The position numbers and the translations under genes were made by a program. The notes under the pieces are model-generated. The model searched no databases. It had not been told where the DNA came from and saw nothing but the letters and a program-made list of their open reading frames with translations. From NCBI GenBank assembly GCA_020184695.1, contig JAANOX010000275.1, forward strand, positions 195,173 to 259,172: a stretch of 64,000 nt of DNA. Direction: 5' to 3'. Shown here in pieces: positions 25,792 through 39,259 of this stretch (positions are counted from its first letter, which is position 1; every line of letters begins with the position of its first letter). This DNA is from Histomonas meleagridis 2922-C6/04-290x. Taxonomy: Eukaryota > Protista > Parabasalia.

Positions 25792-27289
25792 GTAAAGTTC
25801 TAAAACGATGTGGTTAACCACAAAATAGTGTTAAAAAAAAGATGTTTCACTATGCATTCAATATTTGAGAGGTTTGAGTGGGAAAGGTGGAACAACCTTT
25901 TTGATCAGGCTTTATTAAGATATTGTATGATTTAGTATGGAAAATGAAATTTTCATTTTTCTTATACATAAGAATTACACAAAGCTCTGAGCAGTTGGAG
26001 GGTATGGCTTTGATGTATTTGGTTAAAATAAATTTTAATGTGATTTGATTCTTAAATTTTCGAAAAATAAAATAAATAAATGTATCCTGTTTCAATATAT
26101 GTATGTGATGAATTAATATATGAAAATGTCCATGAATTTATTCGTGTATTCTATAATGATAATGTTTGTGTGATAAAATATATATGTTGAGATGCTTATA
26201 ATAGTAGATGGTGAATTTATTAAAAATGATTTTGCTAATGTATTACTTTAAATGAATGTAGATGATTTAGAATATGTATTTATTTGTAAAAATGCAAATT
26301 AATGATTGATTTATTACTTGATTTTCTATAATATTTAATGATCCAAATGTAGTATTTAAATATATTAATGGAACAATAACATCATTCGTTATAACATTAA
26401 AAAATCAATTACTTCCGATCATTGGCGATATTTCTTCTAAATGATGTATACATTTTAATAGTGGACAATTGTATTTCGAAATATTCGTAATATTTTCATT
26501 TATTATAATATATTCTAAATAAAAAATAAATGAAAATGAACATTTAGAAATATTTAATAACTATTTTGGATATAAAAATGTATTATTTTCTTGACCTGGC
26601 TGTATGATGATAATATTAATGTTTTTATCATAAACATTACCATCTTCTTGATAATTAGAATATTGTGCATTATTTTTGATTATATTCATTTCAATTGATT
26701 TTGTTGAATGTGCATAATATTAACACATATAAGATCAAACTTATTTTTTTCTTTTTTCATATATCATTAGATATGTCTAATTAATATATATTAATAAAAA
26801 TTATATAGACTATTTTTCATAATCAATTTAATGATATTTTCAGATAAATTAATATGTCAAGTTATTCATGAAATAGGGCATTTATTCAAATTATTCTCAA
26901 ATTGGTAATTATTCATATATGATAATTGATTTTTAAAACTATATAAATAATGAAAAATTATCAACTATTTATTTATTGTCAATATACACAAATATAAAAT
27001 TACAATTCCAAATATGTATATAATTATTGATTGAATAAAAATACAAATATTATTTGACATTTTTTCCAATAATATAATACATTTTGATATATTATGTAAT
27101 TAATATAAAAATTACAATAGTTATTTATATAAAAACATTTTAGAACTGATTCTAAGTAAATTGTTATAGTATTTCTAAACAATTCTTACAAATAGACATG
27201 TACGGCTGATGTATTCAATAATACTTATGTTTTAACATGTCTGACCAAAAAACCTTGAGACGATAAGTTACCTACTTGAAGTCTTCAAA

Positions 27290-27928
27290 ATGGAAGGGAG
27301 CCAATTTATCCAAGAACCACAAATAATTGACCACAAAAAAGCGTGTTTGGTTCGGTTTCCAGCACGAATTTATGATCAGTTGGAAAAAGGAAATTTTTCA
27401 ATTAAAATCATATCTGAAAAATCATTTGATCTTTTGGATGAATCTTGTAATAAAATCGGTTCTTTTTCTTGTACAAGCAGCGGTAATGAAGAAACAGCAA
27501 AACTACAAAGTTTTCCCTTAGATTCGATTTTGATGTCACAATTTAATTCATTTGTTCCAATTCTTTCGAATTTTCAAGATATAGATTTTAAGCCAGTAAA
27601 TATTCAACAGTTTGAAACTGCAAAGGTTAATAAATCTAAAGTTTTATTATCTGCACAAGAAATACAAGTTGGCAATAGTACTACATTGAGATGGGACTAT
27701 ACTAAGCCTTACAATATGCTTAAGGATGCAAAAAGGAGATTCTACGAATCGCACTCATCTGCTCAAAAGCTTCTAAATGAATTGAAAAAAGCAATCAACA
27801 AAAATCCCAGTATCCTCTCAGATGTTTCTACACTATCCAATGTCAGTCAAGATATTACTTCATGGATTAGAGACATGAAAAATACAACAGATACAATTGA
27901 AACACTAGCTAAATCCATTCCTTCTTAG
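27290..27928 (-). CDS. Hypothetical protein (212 aa)
   Basis: Intact ORF with host-like composition and no recognised motif. Confidence 0.7.
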
Positions 27929-28176
27929 GCTAAGTTTATAGAAAAATGTTTTTAAACCCTTAAAAGGTAAATTTTTTATAAATTGAATATGTTAATTTTC
28001 AATAAGATTATTATATAAGTAAATGTTAAAACTACAAAAAATGTAAATAATTTTAACCATATAATTTTTGATTATATTTTAAACTAAACAACAAATTTTT
28101 TTCTCATCACTGAAGCAAAAATATTGTATAGTTTACAAATCGATTTGTGAATACAGACATTTGATATGAAAAGCAA

Positions 28177-29181
28177 ATGTTTGGTTCACCAAACAAGATC
28201 ATCAAGATCATTATTAGATCTCTTAGAAAAAAAGGAAAAATCGAACTATTTGTACCAGAAACATACTCAATATCTAACATTAAGAAAGCTGTATGCGAAA
28301 AAAACAATTTTTCTATAGATAAAATTCGTCTTTTATATCAAGGAAAATTATTAATTTCAGGACGAACTTTATTAGATTATTCTATTGGTGACGGAGAAAC
28401 AATTTATGCAGTTCCTCAACCACGTGAACCACCACAATATCTTCCAATTTCTTTTCATGTCAATGTAACATCAATTTCACCACAAATATTCAATTACCGC
28501 CCTGAGACCAGAGACTTTGATCGTCAGCTTGGTAACATGCGATACAAAATCGCTATCATCCAAGAACGATTCCACAAAGTCTTGTCATTTATAGCACAAT
28601 CCCAAAAAGATCCACCTGAAAAACTGCAAGATAATGCAAGAACTATTGCCGGTATAATGAAGCATGTAATTGAAGAAACGAAGGAAGGGGTTACCAGTTT
28701 GAAGCAATATCATGTTATGGATAATCACGGGCACCCCGGCGCCACTTTTACAAGAACTGTTCCTCTTTTGGAGCCCCCCGAATTTACACCCAACGGCATC
28801 ATCGAACACATCACCGATGGACTAAGCGAACTATTCGGAGCAACTCCTGGATCAGGTCTTGTGCCAAGAACAGTGTTTACATTCCCAAATTTCCCACCTC
28901 CAAATGAAGCGGTTTCTGATAATATTGATCTTTCATTAATGGAAGGAACAAGACAATTCTATCAAACAGAGAGAAATGCGCCTATACCAACAGCACCAAT
29001 ACCAAACGAAACAGTTCAGCAAGGTGTTCCAGATGCATTATATATCAATAACGATTTCACTCAAGAGGAAAAAGACATTATGGACAAGGACCGCATGATG
29101 ATCGAAGAAGCTATTAAAGAAGGAAATATGCCACAGATAGCTCCTGACTATTTCAGAACTAGGATAAATATAAATGATTAA
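28177..29181 (+). CDS. N-terminal ubiquitin-like-domain protein (BAG6/ubiquilin-like layout)
   Basis: ISNIKKAV...IRLLYQGKLL..GRTLLDYSIGDGETIYAV is a Ubl fold, followed by helical and Pro-rich regions. Confidence 0.82.
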   Translation: MFGSPNKIIKIIIRSLRKKGKIELFVPETYSISNIKKAVCEKNNFSIDKIRLLYQGKLLISGRTLLDYSIGDGETIYAVPQPREPPQYLPISFHVNVTSISPQIFNYRPETRDFDRQLGNMRYKIAIIQERFHKVLSFIAQSQKDPPEKLQDNARTIAGIMKHVIEETKEGVTSLKQYHVMDNHGHPGATFTRTVPLLEPPEFTPNGIIEHITDGLSELFGATPGSGLVPRTVFTFPNFPPPNEAVSDNIDLSLMEGTRQFYQTERNAPIPTAPIPNETVQQGVPDALYINNDFTQEEKDIMDKDRMMIEEAIKEGNMPQIAPDYFRTRININD

Positions 29182-29422
29182 ATAATTCTTTTAAATATTT
29201 TGACCAATATCTAGATATTGTAAATTTTCTTTGGCAATTCATTAAAATAATTGGATATTTATGAATTGTACCAAAGGTTGGCAATGAAACATAATGTTCA
29301 AATATTTCGAACGATCATTAATTCAAAATATTATAATTGATTTCTTTGTTGAAGACAATATAAAAGGTATGGTCATAACTTTTACACATAAAAAAGCACA
29401 ACTCTATCATAAACTAATACTA

Positions 29423-30273
29423 TAGTGGTATCAAAAACAATTGAAATTTAATTCTTTGAATTTTGAAAATAGACCGTTTAATAATATGGACCAGAACAAC
29501 TGGATAAAAAATGTTCCTCTACAATATTTCTACCAGGCAATCTACAACATTTTCAACCTAATGGGACGAAACACCATGGCAACAGCAAATCATTTAGGTA
29601 TTTCATACAACACCGTTTCAACAGCTGTTGCATTTTGCCAAAACGGGAACAACCAACCACTACATTACAAGCAGGCAATTAGCTGATTTATTATTAAAAA
29701 AGTTTCCAGAAATCGAAACACCGTAGCAAACGCACTCAAAAGCATGGGATTTAAGTTTGTTAATCCGAGATGTTCGGTCAAAATTACCAAAAGTGAGAAA
29801 AAAGCACAAATAGATTGATGCAATTTTCACAAACAAAATGGGACAAACTTTAAAAATGTTTTATTTTTCGCTGAGAGTTGGACATTGCAAAACTTCACAT
29901 ATCGAATGAAACATACATGTTACTTGACTACTTTAGGGGTAAACTTCATGGAAGATTGGCCTCCATACTCTCCCGATTTAAACATAATCTAGAAACCATG
30001 CAAAACAATTCATGAGCTATAGATAATTATCCAAGATATCTGGAATAATCTTTCCTCTGAAACAATTGATAAGCTTGTTCAGACAATGCCATAGATAATC
30101 CAAGCCTGCATTCAAAATATTGGTTTCATTGTCCTTAATTATTAAGTAGACAGAATTCAATTTCACAAAATAGGTTCAAACAATATTCTCGAATTCGGAA
30201 TTTACATATAACGGTTAGCCGTTAATTTTTCTCTGTTCGTGTTCTATCGTTTCGACCGTTTTTGCTCTCACTA
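29423..30273 (+). mobile_element. Degraded Tc1-like element
   Basis: Imperfect TIRs (tagtggtatcaaaaacaattgaaa vs tagtgagagcaaaaacggtcgaaa, 18/24) with TA flanks. HTH fragment and EDWPPYSPDLNII present. Confidence 0.7.
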
Positions 30274-31023
30274 TATATGTCGATGTCGACACTTTTTATC
30301 ATTTTTTGACTAAATAACAATTCAAATTGAATACAGATTATATAAAATATAACGATTGAATGAATTATATAAAAGTAAAGTAAGAAAATACAGATCACAA
30401 ATAGAAATAGTATAAAGTAAGAATGCTAGTAATGCTTATCTAAATTCGAAATGAATAAAATCAGCAAAAGAAGTTGCTGAAAAAAAACAACAAACTATTA
30501 ATTTTATGAAAGAAAAAATAGTAGAGGAGCTTTAGAAAAGGCTGATCAACAATTAACATGAATTATTTATACTCATAATTTTGAGACGATCTGTATATAT
30601 AGTAGCGTGAGTAGTATCAGTTTGATTCATTTTACCAACGTTTCCATCTGAAGTTGATGTAGAATACGCATACTTTCATATAATTTCATATAATTTCCGA
30701 TAACTTATATGCTACATTTACTGCATTATACCAGTTTTCTAAATTTCCGCTCATTGCATCTATAACATTTGTTTGTTGATTCTATGGAGAAAACATTTAG
30801 ATAAGATAAAATAGTTAATCAACTTATAAGTTGTTATAATACATCATCAAAATATTGTAAATGAGTTATATCATATCTATCATAAGATAAATTAAAATTA
30901 TTATATTGAGGATACATTCTAATATCGTTTTTCCATCCATCTTCACCTTACATATTATGGTCAATATCATCTAGAAATATTAAAATCGAGAAAAGAGTTG
31001 CAGAATATAATCCACTTTTATTA

Positions 31024-32050
31024 TTGTTGTGTAGAGGTCACGTTCATTTAATATTATTTCAGACCGCGAAAAATTTAGATGCAATTTTTGCAACTGCACA
31101 CTATATTTTTAAATATAATATGAAACCGAAACCTGCATATGTAGCAAATTTATCAATAGATAATGCAGTGTTCGCCCAAATATATGCTCGTGTTCTTTCA
31201 GTTGAAGAATGTATATCAAGAATATTTGGTCTTGATTTTTGCGTCCACGATATCAAGTGCATTCATCAAAGTGGTGCTCCTCCAGAATTAAGAAATGCAA
31301 TGTACAATTACACTGGAAATCAAGTTCATATAAATCCAGTTGGAATCTCTTATCATCGTCTTTTGAAAAAAATTGACTCTGCAAAATTTGGTCTTGATAC
31401 AATATTGAAGTTGATGAAAATGGTATCAAACGACTCGATGATCCTCTTTATTATAATCGAATTTGTTTACCAAATACTATAAATCGAAATCACCCAAGTG
31501 ATAGTACTTTTGAAGATCAATTACAACTTCATGGAGATATATTATAATGCCAGAAGTAAAAAGACAGCAATTGTTGTTTCGAACGAATATTATTTCTATT
31601 CAAAAAGAGAACATTGTCGTTTTCATTTGACATTTTCATCTGGATGCTGGAGATCTGAATGAAATTTTAAGTAATTATGGAAGTTATGAAGCAACTGCTA
31701 AACATCATGGGGTATTCATTAATCACATTCATTCAGAGGCAGATCATTTATATCTAAGCTACATTAATTATAAGTTTCGTTCAATTGATTATTCACTTTA
31801 TGATATTGCAATATTGAGTACAGGAAAAAGTTTTTGATTCGAAAATTTTGTATTGTCAAAATACATAGTTTTATTACAACAGGTATTGCAGCTTCTTCAA
31901 TTAATTAAAAAATTTTTCGTATTGCATTTTCAATTTGGATGTCACCCATGGTCCAGTCTCAACTTCAAATATTAATGTTGAAATTTTATCATAGAATCGT
32001 GATTTGTTATTTATTTCAAATAATTCTATGAAATCTTGAGACAGCGATCA
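31024..32050 (+). mobile_element. Helitron RepHel remnant (Rep C-terminus to helicase start)
   Basis: HYIFKYNMK and ARVLSVEECISRIFGLDF (cf. KYLFKY, RYxSxxEAxWRIFGF), then STGKSF and ITTGIAAS. 31560-31760 is homologous to 61620-61830 in inverted orientation. Confidence 0.72.
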
Positions 32051-32472
32051 CAGGAAATGCAATAACAACAAATTGTCAAAGGAATAAACTCGTATTATAA
32101 TAATCGAAGAAACGCCAATTCATTCAAAGCATCAACGCACATCTAAAAAAGTAAACCATCATTCAAATCAGACATCAAAACAACATCAAATTAAAGAAGC
32201 GGCTGGAATGCAAATTTGCATGCCCAAATTAATTACAATCACATGACATCTCAAAATCTCCTCTTACTCAACTGAAACCTTCACCATTGATACCACAACA
32301 AAAGAATATACTCAATTGAGGAGATAACAAAATTGTTTTTTCGTATGATTTTTTGTTAATAAAGTTTACGGCTTTTTTTTTTTTTGTACTTCGTTGTCTT
32401 TGTTCTGTTGCGATTTTAGTAAACGATCACAAAATGGGGTGCCCCGACAGTTCGTTTGCAATTTTATACAAA

Positions 32473-33228
32473 ATGAGCCATGAAACAGTGCCTCGTTCGG
32501 CTAAGCCAATGTCATTAACAAATATGGCAAGCCAAGTATTTTCAATATTAAAAGAAAATGGCCAAACAACTTTTGATGAAGTAGCTGATAAAATCTTTGA
32601 AACTATTGGAGAAAAAACAATGGATACAACTAATGATCAAAGAACTCTAAAAAGAAGAGTTTATGACGTTTTGAACGTTTTATGCGCTGCTGGATTTGTA
32701 AACAAAGATAAAAAGACAATCACCTACCAAAAATTTAACACAGATTTAAAACTAGGAACTCCTGAACAAAGTCAAATTGCTGAAAGAATAGCTCAAAAAG
32801 AGCGAGAGCTTGTTGTCAAAACTAAATTGTTGATATATTATAAATTACTTATTGAAAGAAATAGAAAAACACAAAGACCTGCAACAGCAGTACAGCTTTC
32901 GTCTATTTTTGTCGGCTTCAGAGATGTTGGTAATGGACAAATTCAAAGATCTTTAAATGGCCATGAACTAGTGATTATTTCACGTTCACCTCCATTATTT
33001 TTTTCTCCATTGGACGTGTTTGAGGGGATATCTTTTCCACATCGTCTAAAAGTTGAATGTTTAAGAAGAATACCTGACTTGTCTTGTTTGGAATCTCTTG
33101 TTTTCAATAATCTCAGAGATAAACTTTCCTTGCATCAAGCAATGTCATTTGAACCATCAGACTTACAACAAAGCATACCGTTTGAGACCTTGGACATGCA
33201 ACAAGATGAAGCACAACAGACCGAGTGA
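32473..33228 (+). CDS. E2F/DP-family winged-helix transcription factor (DP-like); start codon uncertain (ORF open from 32353)
   Basis: TTFDEVADKI...QRTLKRRVYDVLNVL is the DEF box, followed by a coiled-coil dimerisation segment. Confidence 0.85.
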   Translation: MSHETVPRSAKPMSLTNMASQVFSILKENGQTTFDEVADKIFETIGEKTMDTTNDQRTLKRRVYDVLNVLCAAGFVNKDKKTITYQKFNTDLKLGTPEQSQIAERIAQKERELVVKTKLLIYYKLLIERNRKTQRPATAVQLSSIFVGFRDVGNGQIQRSLNGHELVIISRSPPLFFSPLDVFEGISFPHRLKVECLRRIPDLSCLESLVFNNLRDKLSLHQAMSFEPSDLQQSIPFETLDMQQDEAQQTE

Positions 33229-34479
33229 TAATGTTTATGTTTTAGCGCCATTGTTGTATCGACTAATTTAATTTTAATAAACTTTTCAAAAATGTAAGAC
33301 GATACAAAACTTTTCCCGCCTGAGAAGAAAACAATGAAAAGATAAATTATTCATTCGAAATTAATCAACTTTGTTTTAATAAACTTGTTCCTTTAAGTTT
33401 ATCTTTTGGAAGTTGTCAATAAAAACTTATTATTTTTGAAAATTTCTGGATAGTTTTTAATATAATCAATTGAGATCTTCATAAGTAATGCCACTAAAAC
33501 TCTTTTTTTAATGAAGACAGATATAAGTAAACAATAAAGTACATTAACCATAAAAATTTAATAGCACAATGAAAATAACAAATCCATTAACATATAAAAA
33601 TAAAAAGTATAATGGTTTTTATATACAAACAAATCACTTTTCTTTATCCATATTCATTTGCATCACTTTGCCAAATTCGTTTCCAATTAGTTATCATGAA
33701 ATGAAGCAGTGGAACATGCTCATTTTTAGAGCACCACAACGACTTAAGACAGTTACTGCCTTAAATAAACAAATGTGTTTCATTATCATCATCTAAAAAA
33801 ACAAATACCATTTTCAAAATTTTATGTGCGATAATATTTTTGATTTTATTTTTGGGCTTATAAAATTTTAAAATTTAATTTTTGGATTTAAAACATGAAC
33901 AATAATTTTTTCATTAATTATAAAATCAGAATTTATCGACTTTTCAAATCAAAACTTATTTTTTTATCTTCTTTCATATAATAATTTGGAATTGAATCTT
34001 TCGCATAAGTGACAAACTCTATCGGCCATCTGAAAATTTGAATTCCGGAAAGCGGTTAATTTCTGAGGTTTTAAAATTTTGTTAACAAAACAAAGTCTTT
34101 CAATAATTCATCAATTGCTTAAAATATATATTTAATATTTATTTCATTAATATGATAAACATTTGTTACAAAAGATGAATATGTATTATAATTGTTTTTA
34201 AGCTCAAAATTATTTCCAAAGTTAAATGACATTAAAAATTTTTTGATTAATAATAATTAAAATCGGACCAAGTTTGATGCATCTTGAATCAAGGGTAAAG
34301 CTAACATTATTAATTGACTTTTAATCTTTGATTCATATGGTTGAATAAATGATATCATATAACATTAATGTTGATATTGAAGCTGATCGTATTAAAAGGA
34401 TTTTTATCAAAAATTTTTATGCTGTCTTTTGATATAAGTTTTAGAAAAAATAGATTCAATAGAAAACAGACGAATTAGA

Positions 34480-35022
34480 TAACATCTTTGATGAGCAGCA
34501 TTGCTTATTGGCTGCGTATGGGATTGGGAATGCGTTCATGCTCCAGGATAGTATTTCCTTTTGGCACTTATCCTTATCCTTTGGATTCTTTGCGAAGAAT
34601 TTGAGGCATTTCATTGCAAAAGAATAATAGTAAAGTAAATAAGAAGATGATCAGCATCATTCTTGATCTTGAAATCGCGCATGAAAAAGTTTGTACGGAA
34701 GTGGTAAAGTTCATCAACAATATCAAAAGATGGTGTTGTTTGTCTCTTGGAAGTGCCACAGATTGGAAGAATTGGAATACCGGCAATAACTTGGGCACTA
34801 GTGTTTATAAAAACGATGCCTGGCATCAGTTCCGGCCACAAAAATTGTCCACTTTTTCACACAAAAATTTTTGTTGACAAAAAATAAATGTATTTTCGTT
34901 ATTGCGGGCCACCCTTGCTGAGCCGAATTCCAAAAAGGTCTGTTTTCAAAATTACAAGAATTTTTTTTAGCAAACAAAATTTTAATGTGATAAAATATGA
35001 TATAAAATATAAATTTCAGCAT
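34480..35022 (-). pseudogene. Frameshifted gene fragment, product not recognised
   Basis: Higher-GC stretch with three overlapping short ORFs in different frames. Confidence 0.3.
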
Positions 35023-35228
35023 TATTAATGATCTTATTTGAGATTCAATGATTAGATGTCAATCATAAAAATTCGAAAGAAAGAGAGGAAAAAGCAAAAA
35101 ATTAATTAGAAGAGAGACAAAAGTAGATTTTTAAGCAATATTTAAAGGTTATACTAATGTACGAATATTTATATATTTCGAAATTTGATCAAAGAATTAT
35201 TTCATTATTTTTTGATGATTAATACATA

Positions 35229-36300
35229 TAGGGGGTCAAAAAGTTCGTGTAATTCAACTTTTTCTCAATAAATGAACTAGATATAAAAAATTTTTTTATT
35301 AATTTGTGTAGTACTCCCCTTTGTTATTAATAACCCATTCTAGACGGCGGCACCATTCTTTATATACATCTTCAATTTCTTGTGTTGAAATTCCATTGAG
35401 AATTTCCGAAATTTTTATAATTAATTCGTTCTCGTTATTGAATGTGTAGCCTTTGATCCGTTCTTTTACAACACCGAATAGCCAAAAGTCACAAGGAGCA
35501 ATATCTGGTGAATAAGCAGGGTGAGACATTCTTCGAATGCCTAAATTTTGTATCTCGTCGGAAGTAACGGTCGCGTTGTGTGACGGTGCATTGTCGATAT
35601 GTAAAAAACAACCTGAAACTCCCAACCTTTTTCTTCTTTGTTTTACATTATTATTTAACTTTTGGAGTATACCTTGTATCATATACTGTGCACTAAATTT
35701 TATATTATTTAATAAAGGATCTATTAAGATAATCCCTGCCGTACTTAGGTATACGCTAATCATCGTTTTGTTAACCGTCATAATTCTTTTGAGAATTTCT
35801 GGCCTTTTGCTTCCAATTGGAAACCATTGACTTGTATTGTTGTTTTCCCAATATATCCATGTTTCATCACCTGTAATTATGTTGCACCAGAAGTTTTTAT
35901 TGTTTCTGAGAATTTCTAACATTTCGTGTGCAGCCTGAACCCTATTGGCTTTTTGAGTTGATGGGGGATCCATCGAAAATTCAACTTCACATTACCAATT
36001 TTATCATGTAAAACCTAAAGAATTGTTGTCTTAGGAGCTCCCAACATATTGGCAATAGCTTCTGCTGATAAAAATGGATAGTTCATTAAAAGATCCTGCA
36101 CTTGGAACTAATGAAGTATTTTTAGGTCTCCCTGTACGGTGTTCGTCATCAAGATATTCTGAGCCTTCTTCAAATCTTTTGAACCATTTTCTTATAGTAT
36201 TTTCATGAGTCATTTTTTGAATCATTTGAACATAATTTCATCCAATATCAATAAAAATAATCTCCATAGGAGTTGATACTAAAAATATCAAATGTATCAT
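35229..36300 (-). mobile_element. mariner (DD34D) element; only one TIR found
   Basis: TA then tagggggtcaaaaagttcg. ITGDETW, HIDNAPSH and HPAYSPDIAPCDFWLFG motifs, with an HTH fragment (IRKWFKRF) upstream. Confidence 0.85.
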
Positions 36301-36539
36301 GCGATATAGCAATTTTTCTCGAGGTTTGAAACATATTATGTTCCGAAAAGGATAAATCGATGAATTATATTATGAAGTAAAAATTAACATGTTCAAAATT
36401 GATTATTGTATTTGCTTTCATCTACTTGTAAGCGAAAACTTTTTCCTTCTGATCGATTTTGAGTATTATTCTTTTGAATCTTCCAATCAATCAATATCAT
36501 TATTTCCTGTATTTCACATCACATTTACCCGCGCACTTT

Positions 36540-38000
36540 TTTTGGGATGCCAAAAGATCCATATGCTGCTAGACATGCCAAGCAATTAAACAAGCAAAAA
36601 GGGGAAAAAAATAATAATCAAAGAATAATGGGTCGTCAGAATGCCCAAATCGAAAAATTAAAACAATCTCATATCGATTAAAGTCTTCTACAATTTTGGA
36701 CAAAGAATTGGACTGTAGAAAATAACAAACTAATCAGGAACTATTCTAAAACGATGCTTCGAACTAAATGATGAACGTTAATAAAAGTTACCACTTTTTA
36801 AATAGAAACCGATTATATCGAATACAATTTTTTGTAATTTTAAAATAATTTTTTTGCAAAATTGATCAGAAGATTCTTTTATTCCTATCCGTATATTGAT
36901 ATACAATGTAAATTTAATTCACTTATAGATTTTGAAAGCTTTTACAATAAAAATTGGTAGATTGCACTCCTCTGAAAATATTATCCGATTTTCGATAAAG
37001 AGATCATAATCATTTCAAAAAGTGAATGATAAGAAAATATATTATTGAATCTGATACACTTAGAACCTCATTATTCTACCCAGTTTTTCCATAGTTTTCA
37101 TTTATTGTAAACCATTTAACGTAGTCTGTTCTGACAAAAGTGCGGCCATTATGAACCAGTTCAAGTTATCACATCGTTTCAAAGCCAAAAGGCATTGGAC
37201 TCGTTATCACGAAGACAAAACATTGATAGAAGATATATTTCATGTTTTTGATTTGTACATGAAACTTAGATATTCAAAAGAGTACAGATGTCCCGTCCAG
37301 GCTTCTTTCAAAATAAAAAAAAAATTATCTCAAAGAGAAAAACTATCGTGCCGGACAGCAGAATGGTGTTTGAAGAAGGAGATTCACTCCAAAGAAAAAG
37401 CAGTTGCAGATTACATCAAAATCCAATATATTATTCCGGTAATTGTTGTGAAGATGAAACAACTACGACTTTTTCTTATATAATTATGGAAGTCTTTAGA
37501 TGTACAAGAACGCTCCAATATAAACATACCTTTCTCTTACCATTTTTGTTTCAGACTTTTGTGAACGAAATGGCCTTTCCTTCATAAAGATGAGAAAGAA
37601 GAAAAGAATGGAAATTTCTCAAGAAGAAGTTGATGAATTTGCCAATCTTCATTTGAATGCAATAGCAAATTATGAAGACGATGATATCATCAATATACAC
37701 AAGACTTCGTGGAACCATGTTTTTGTCAGAAGCCAAGTTCTTGCCCAAAGAGGTCAGGAAGAAGTCAATGCACAGCTCCCGGATGATCATAACAAAAACT
37801 TTTCAGTAATTGCTAATATTTCTTGTTCAGGCAAAAAATATCCGATGATATTTATTGCACACGGGAAAACGAACGCATGTCATGAACGATTTGTTGAAGT
37901 CAAACCCCTGCAAGTATGAAATATTGCATTCAAAAGGAGGAAATACTTCCGAGTCATGCATGATCGAATACTTGCGTTTACTTCGCAAGTGGAAATACAA
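36540..38000 (+). mobile_element. pogo/Tigger-like DDE_1 transposase remnant
   Basis: IINIHKTSW (degenerate NxDETSW) and FSVIANISCSGKKYPMIFIAHGKT. Confidence 0.62.
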
Positions 38001-38470
38001 TGATAAATGCGTTATTTGTGATTGAAAAAAGATCATCCAAAAAACCGCTAGGAATACGATCAAAATAATATCAATTACAAATAACAAGAAGACGAAAAGA
38101 AGGAAAAGAAATCTCAAAATAGGTCAGAAGAGATAACCTACGCAATAAAAATCAGATGATTTGATGGGTTGTGTGTGAAATTATGATTAATAAAAATTTA
38201 ATGATCTAAAACAAAGGTTTGTTTTAGTTTTTTAAAAAACCTGTTCAATTGAACAATGAATTACCCGTTGCTTTCTCTCATTAGGTATTCGAAGTGTTCT
38301 TTGTTATGTATTATTGAGCCAGATGTGGGTGGTGATTTTTGTTGACATAAAATAACGTATTTTGTATTTAATACAAAGAGAAACCGGTGGCGAAAAAGTA
38401 AAAAAAATGATAAAATCAAGTAAGTAAAATATTCAAAATTATAATTCAGTTAATCAAGAAATTTCACCAA

Positions 38471-39100
38471 TTATTGCTTTCCAGCATTTTTCGATTGTAT
38501 TTCCAATATTTCTTCTTTCGAAAGCAGCATACATGAATATATGATTCGAATCATATATGATAGAAATATGATAGAAATGAGCTCATTTCTATTTCTAAAT
38601 CCATTTTTTATAAAAAATCCTTTCATGAGATTCCATGTACCTTCTATTTTTCGAGTATTTGTATCAGTGATTCGATCTACGAATTTTTCTGAGTAATTTA
38701 CTGTTTTGTGTACAAAACCTAAATCACCAAGAGTATTATATGCCTTCCAATCAACAGACCAAATTTCTGAATTAGGTTCAACTGTTAAACAAATAAGTGG
38801 AATGAGAATCTCTTTCGATCTATTTTCGCAAATCTCTGCGACATCTCTCATTGTTTTACTGTCTATTTCGCCATAAACCCAAATTTCTTCTTATTCCTTT
38901 GTTGTATTTAGCACCGAAAAAATAACTTTCATCAATTTCGTCTATTCCATCACCAAGTAAATTTTGAGCTATATCTTTTCGATATCTTTTTATGCAATAA
39001 ATCGAAAAGTTTGAAACCTTGTTATTACTGATCGTTCACATACACCTTTAATTTTAGATGTAGTTCTTATATCAAAACCTTCTATTCAACATGCTGAAAT
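38471..39100 (-). mobile_element. Merlin / IS1595 (ISXO2-like) transposase remnant
   Basis: IDESYFFGAKYNKG...WVYG and LIPLI...VEPNSEIWSVDWKAYNTL...HKTVNYSEKFVD..T...T..IEGTW. Confidence 0.85.
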
Positions 39101-39259
39101 GTAAACAAATCCCCTTAATGAAAGTTTTGATTGTGATACCCATGAATCTAATCTGATTGATTTTGAATTTCTTCATTTATTTGAGCATCATTAATTTGTC
39201 GCTTTAATGCCCCTGATATTTTACCTGATCAATTATATAATATAATCAGATATTCAAAA

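Noticed and set aside
24590-25852. TIRs for the Tc1 element
   Set aside because: Only a weak agtg-aa-atc match at the ends, not enough to fix boundaries.
26100-27250. Possible decayed gene in very AT-rich DNA (also about 30450-30800)
   Set aside because: Short coding-like patches on the minus strand but no recognisable motif, so no call can be supported.
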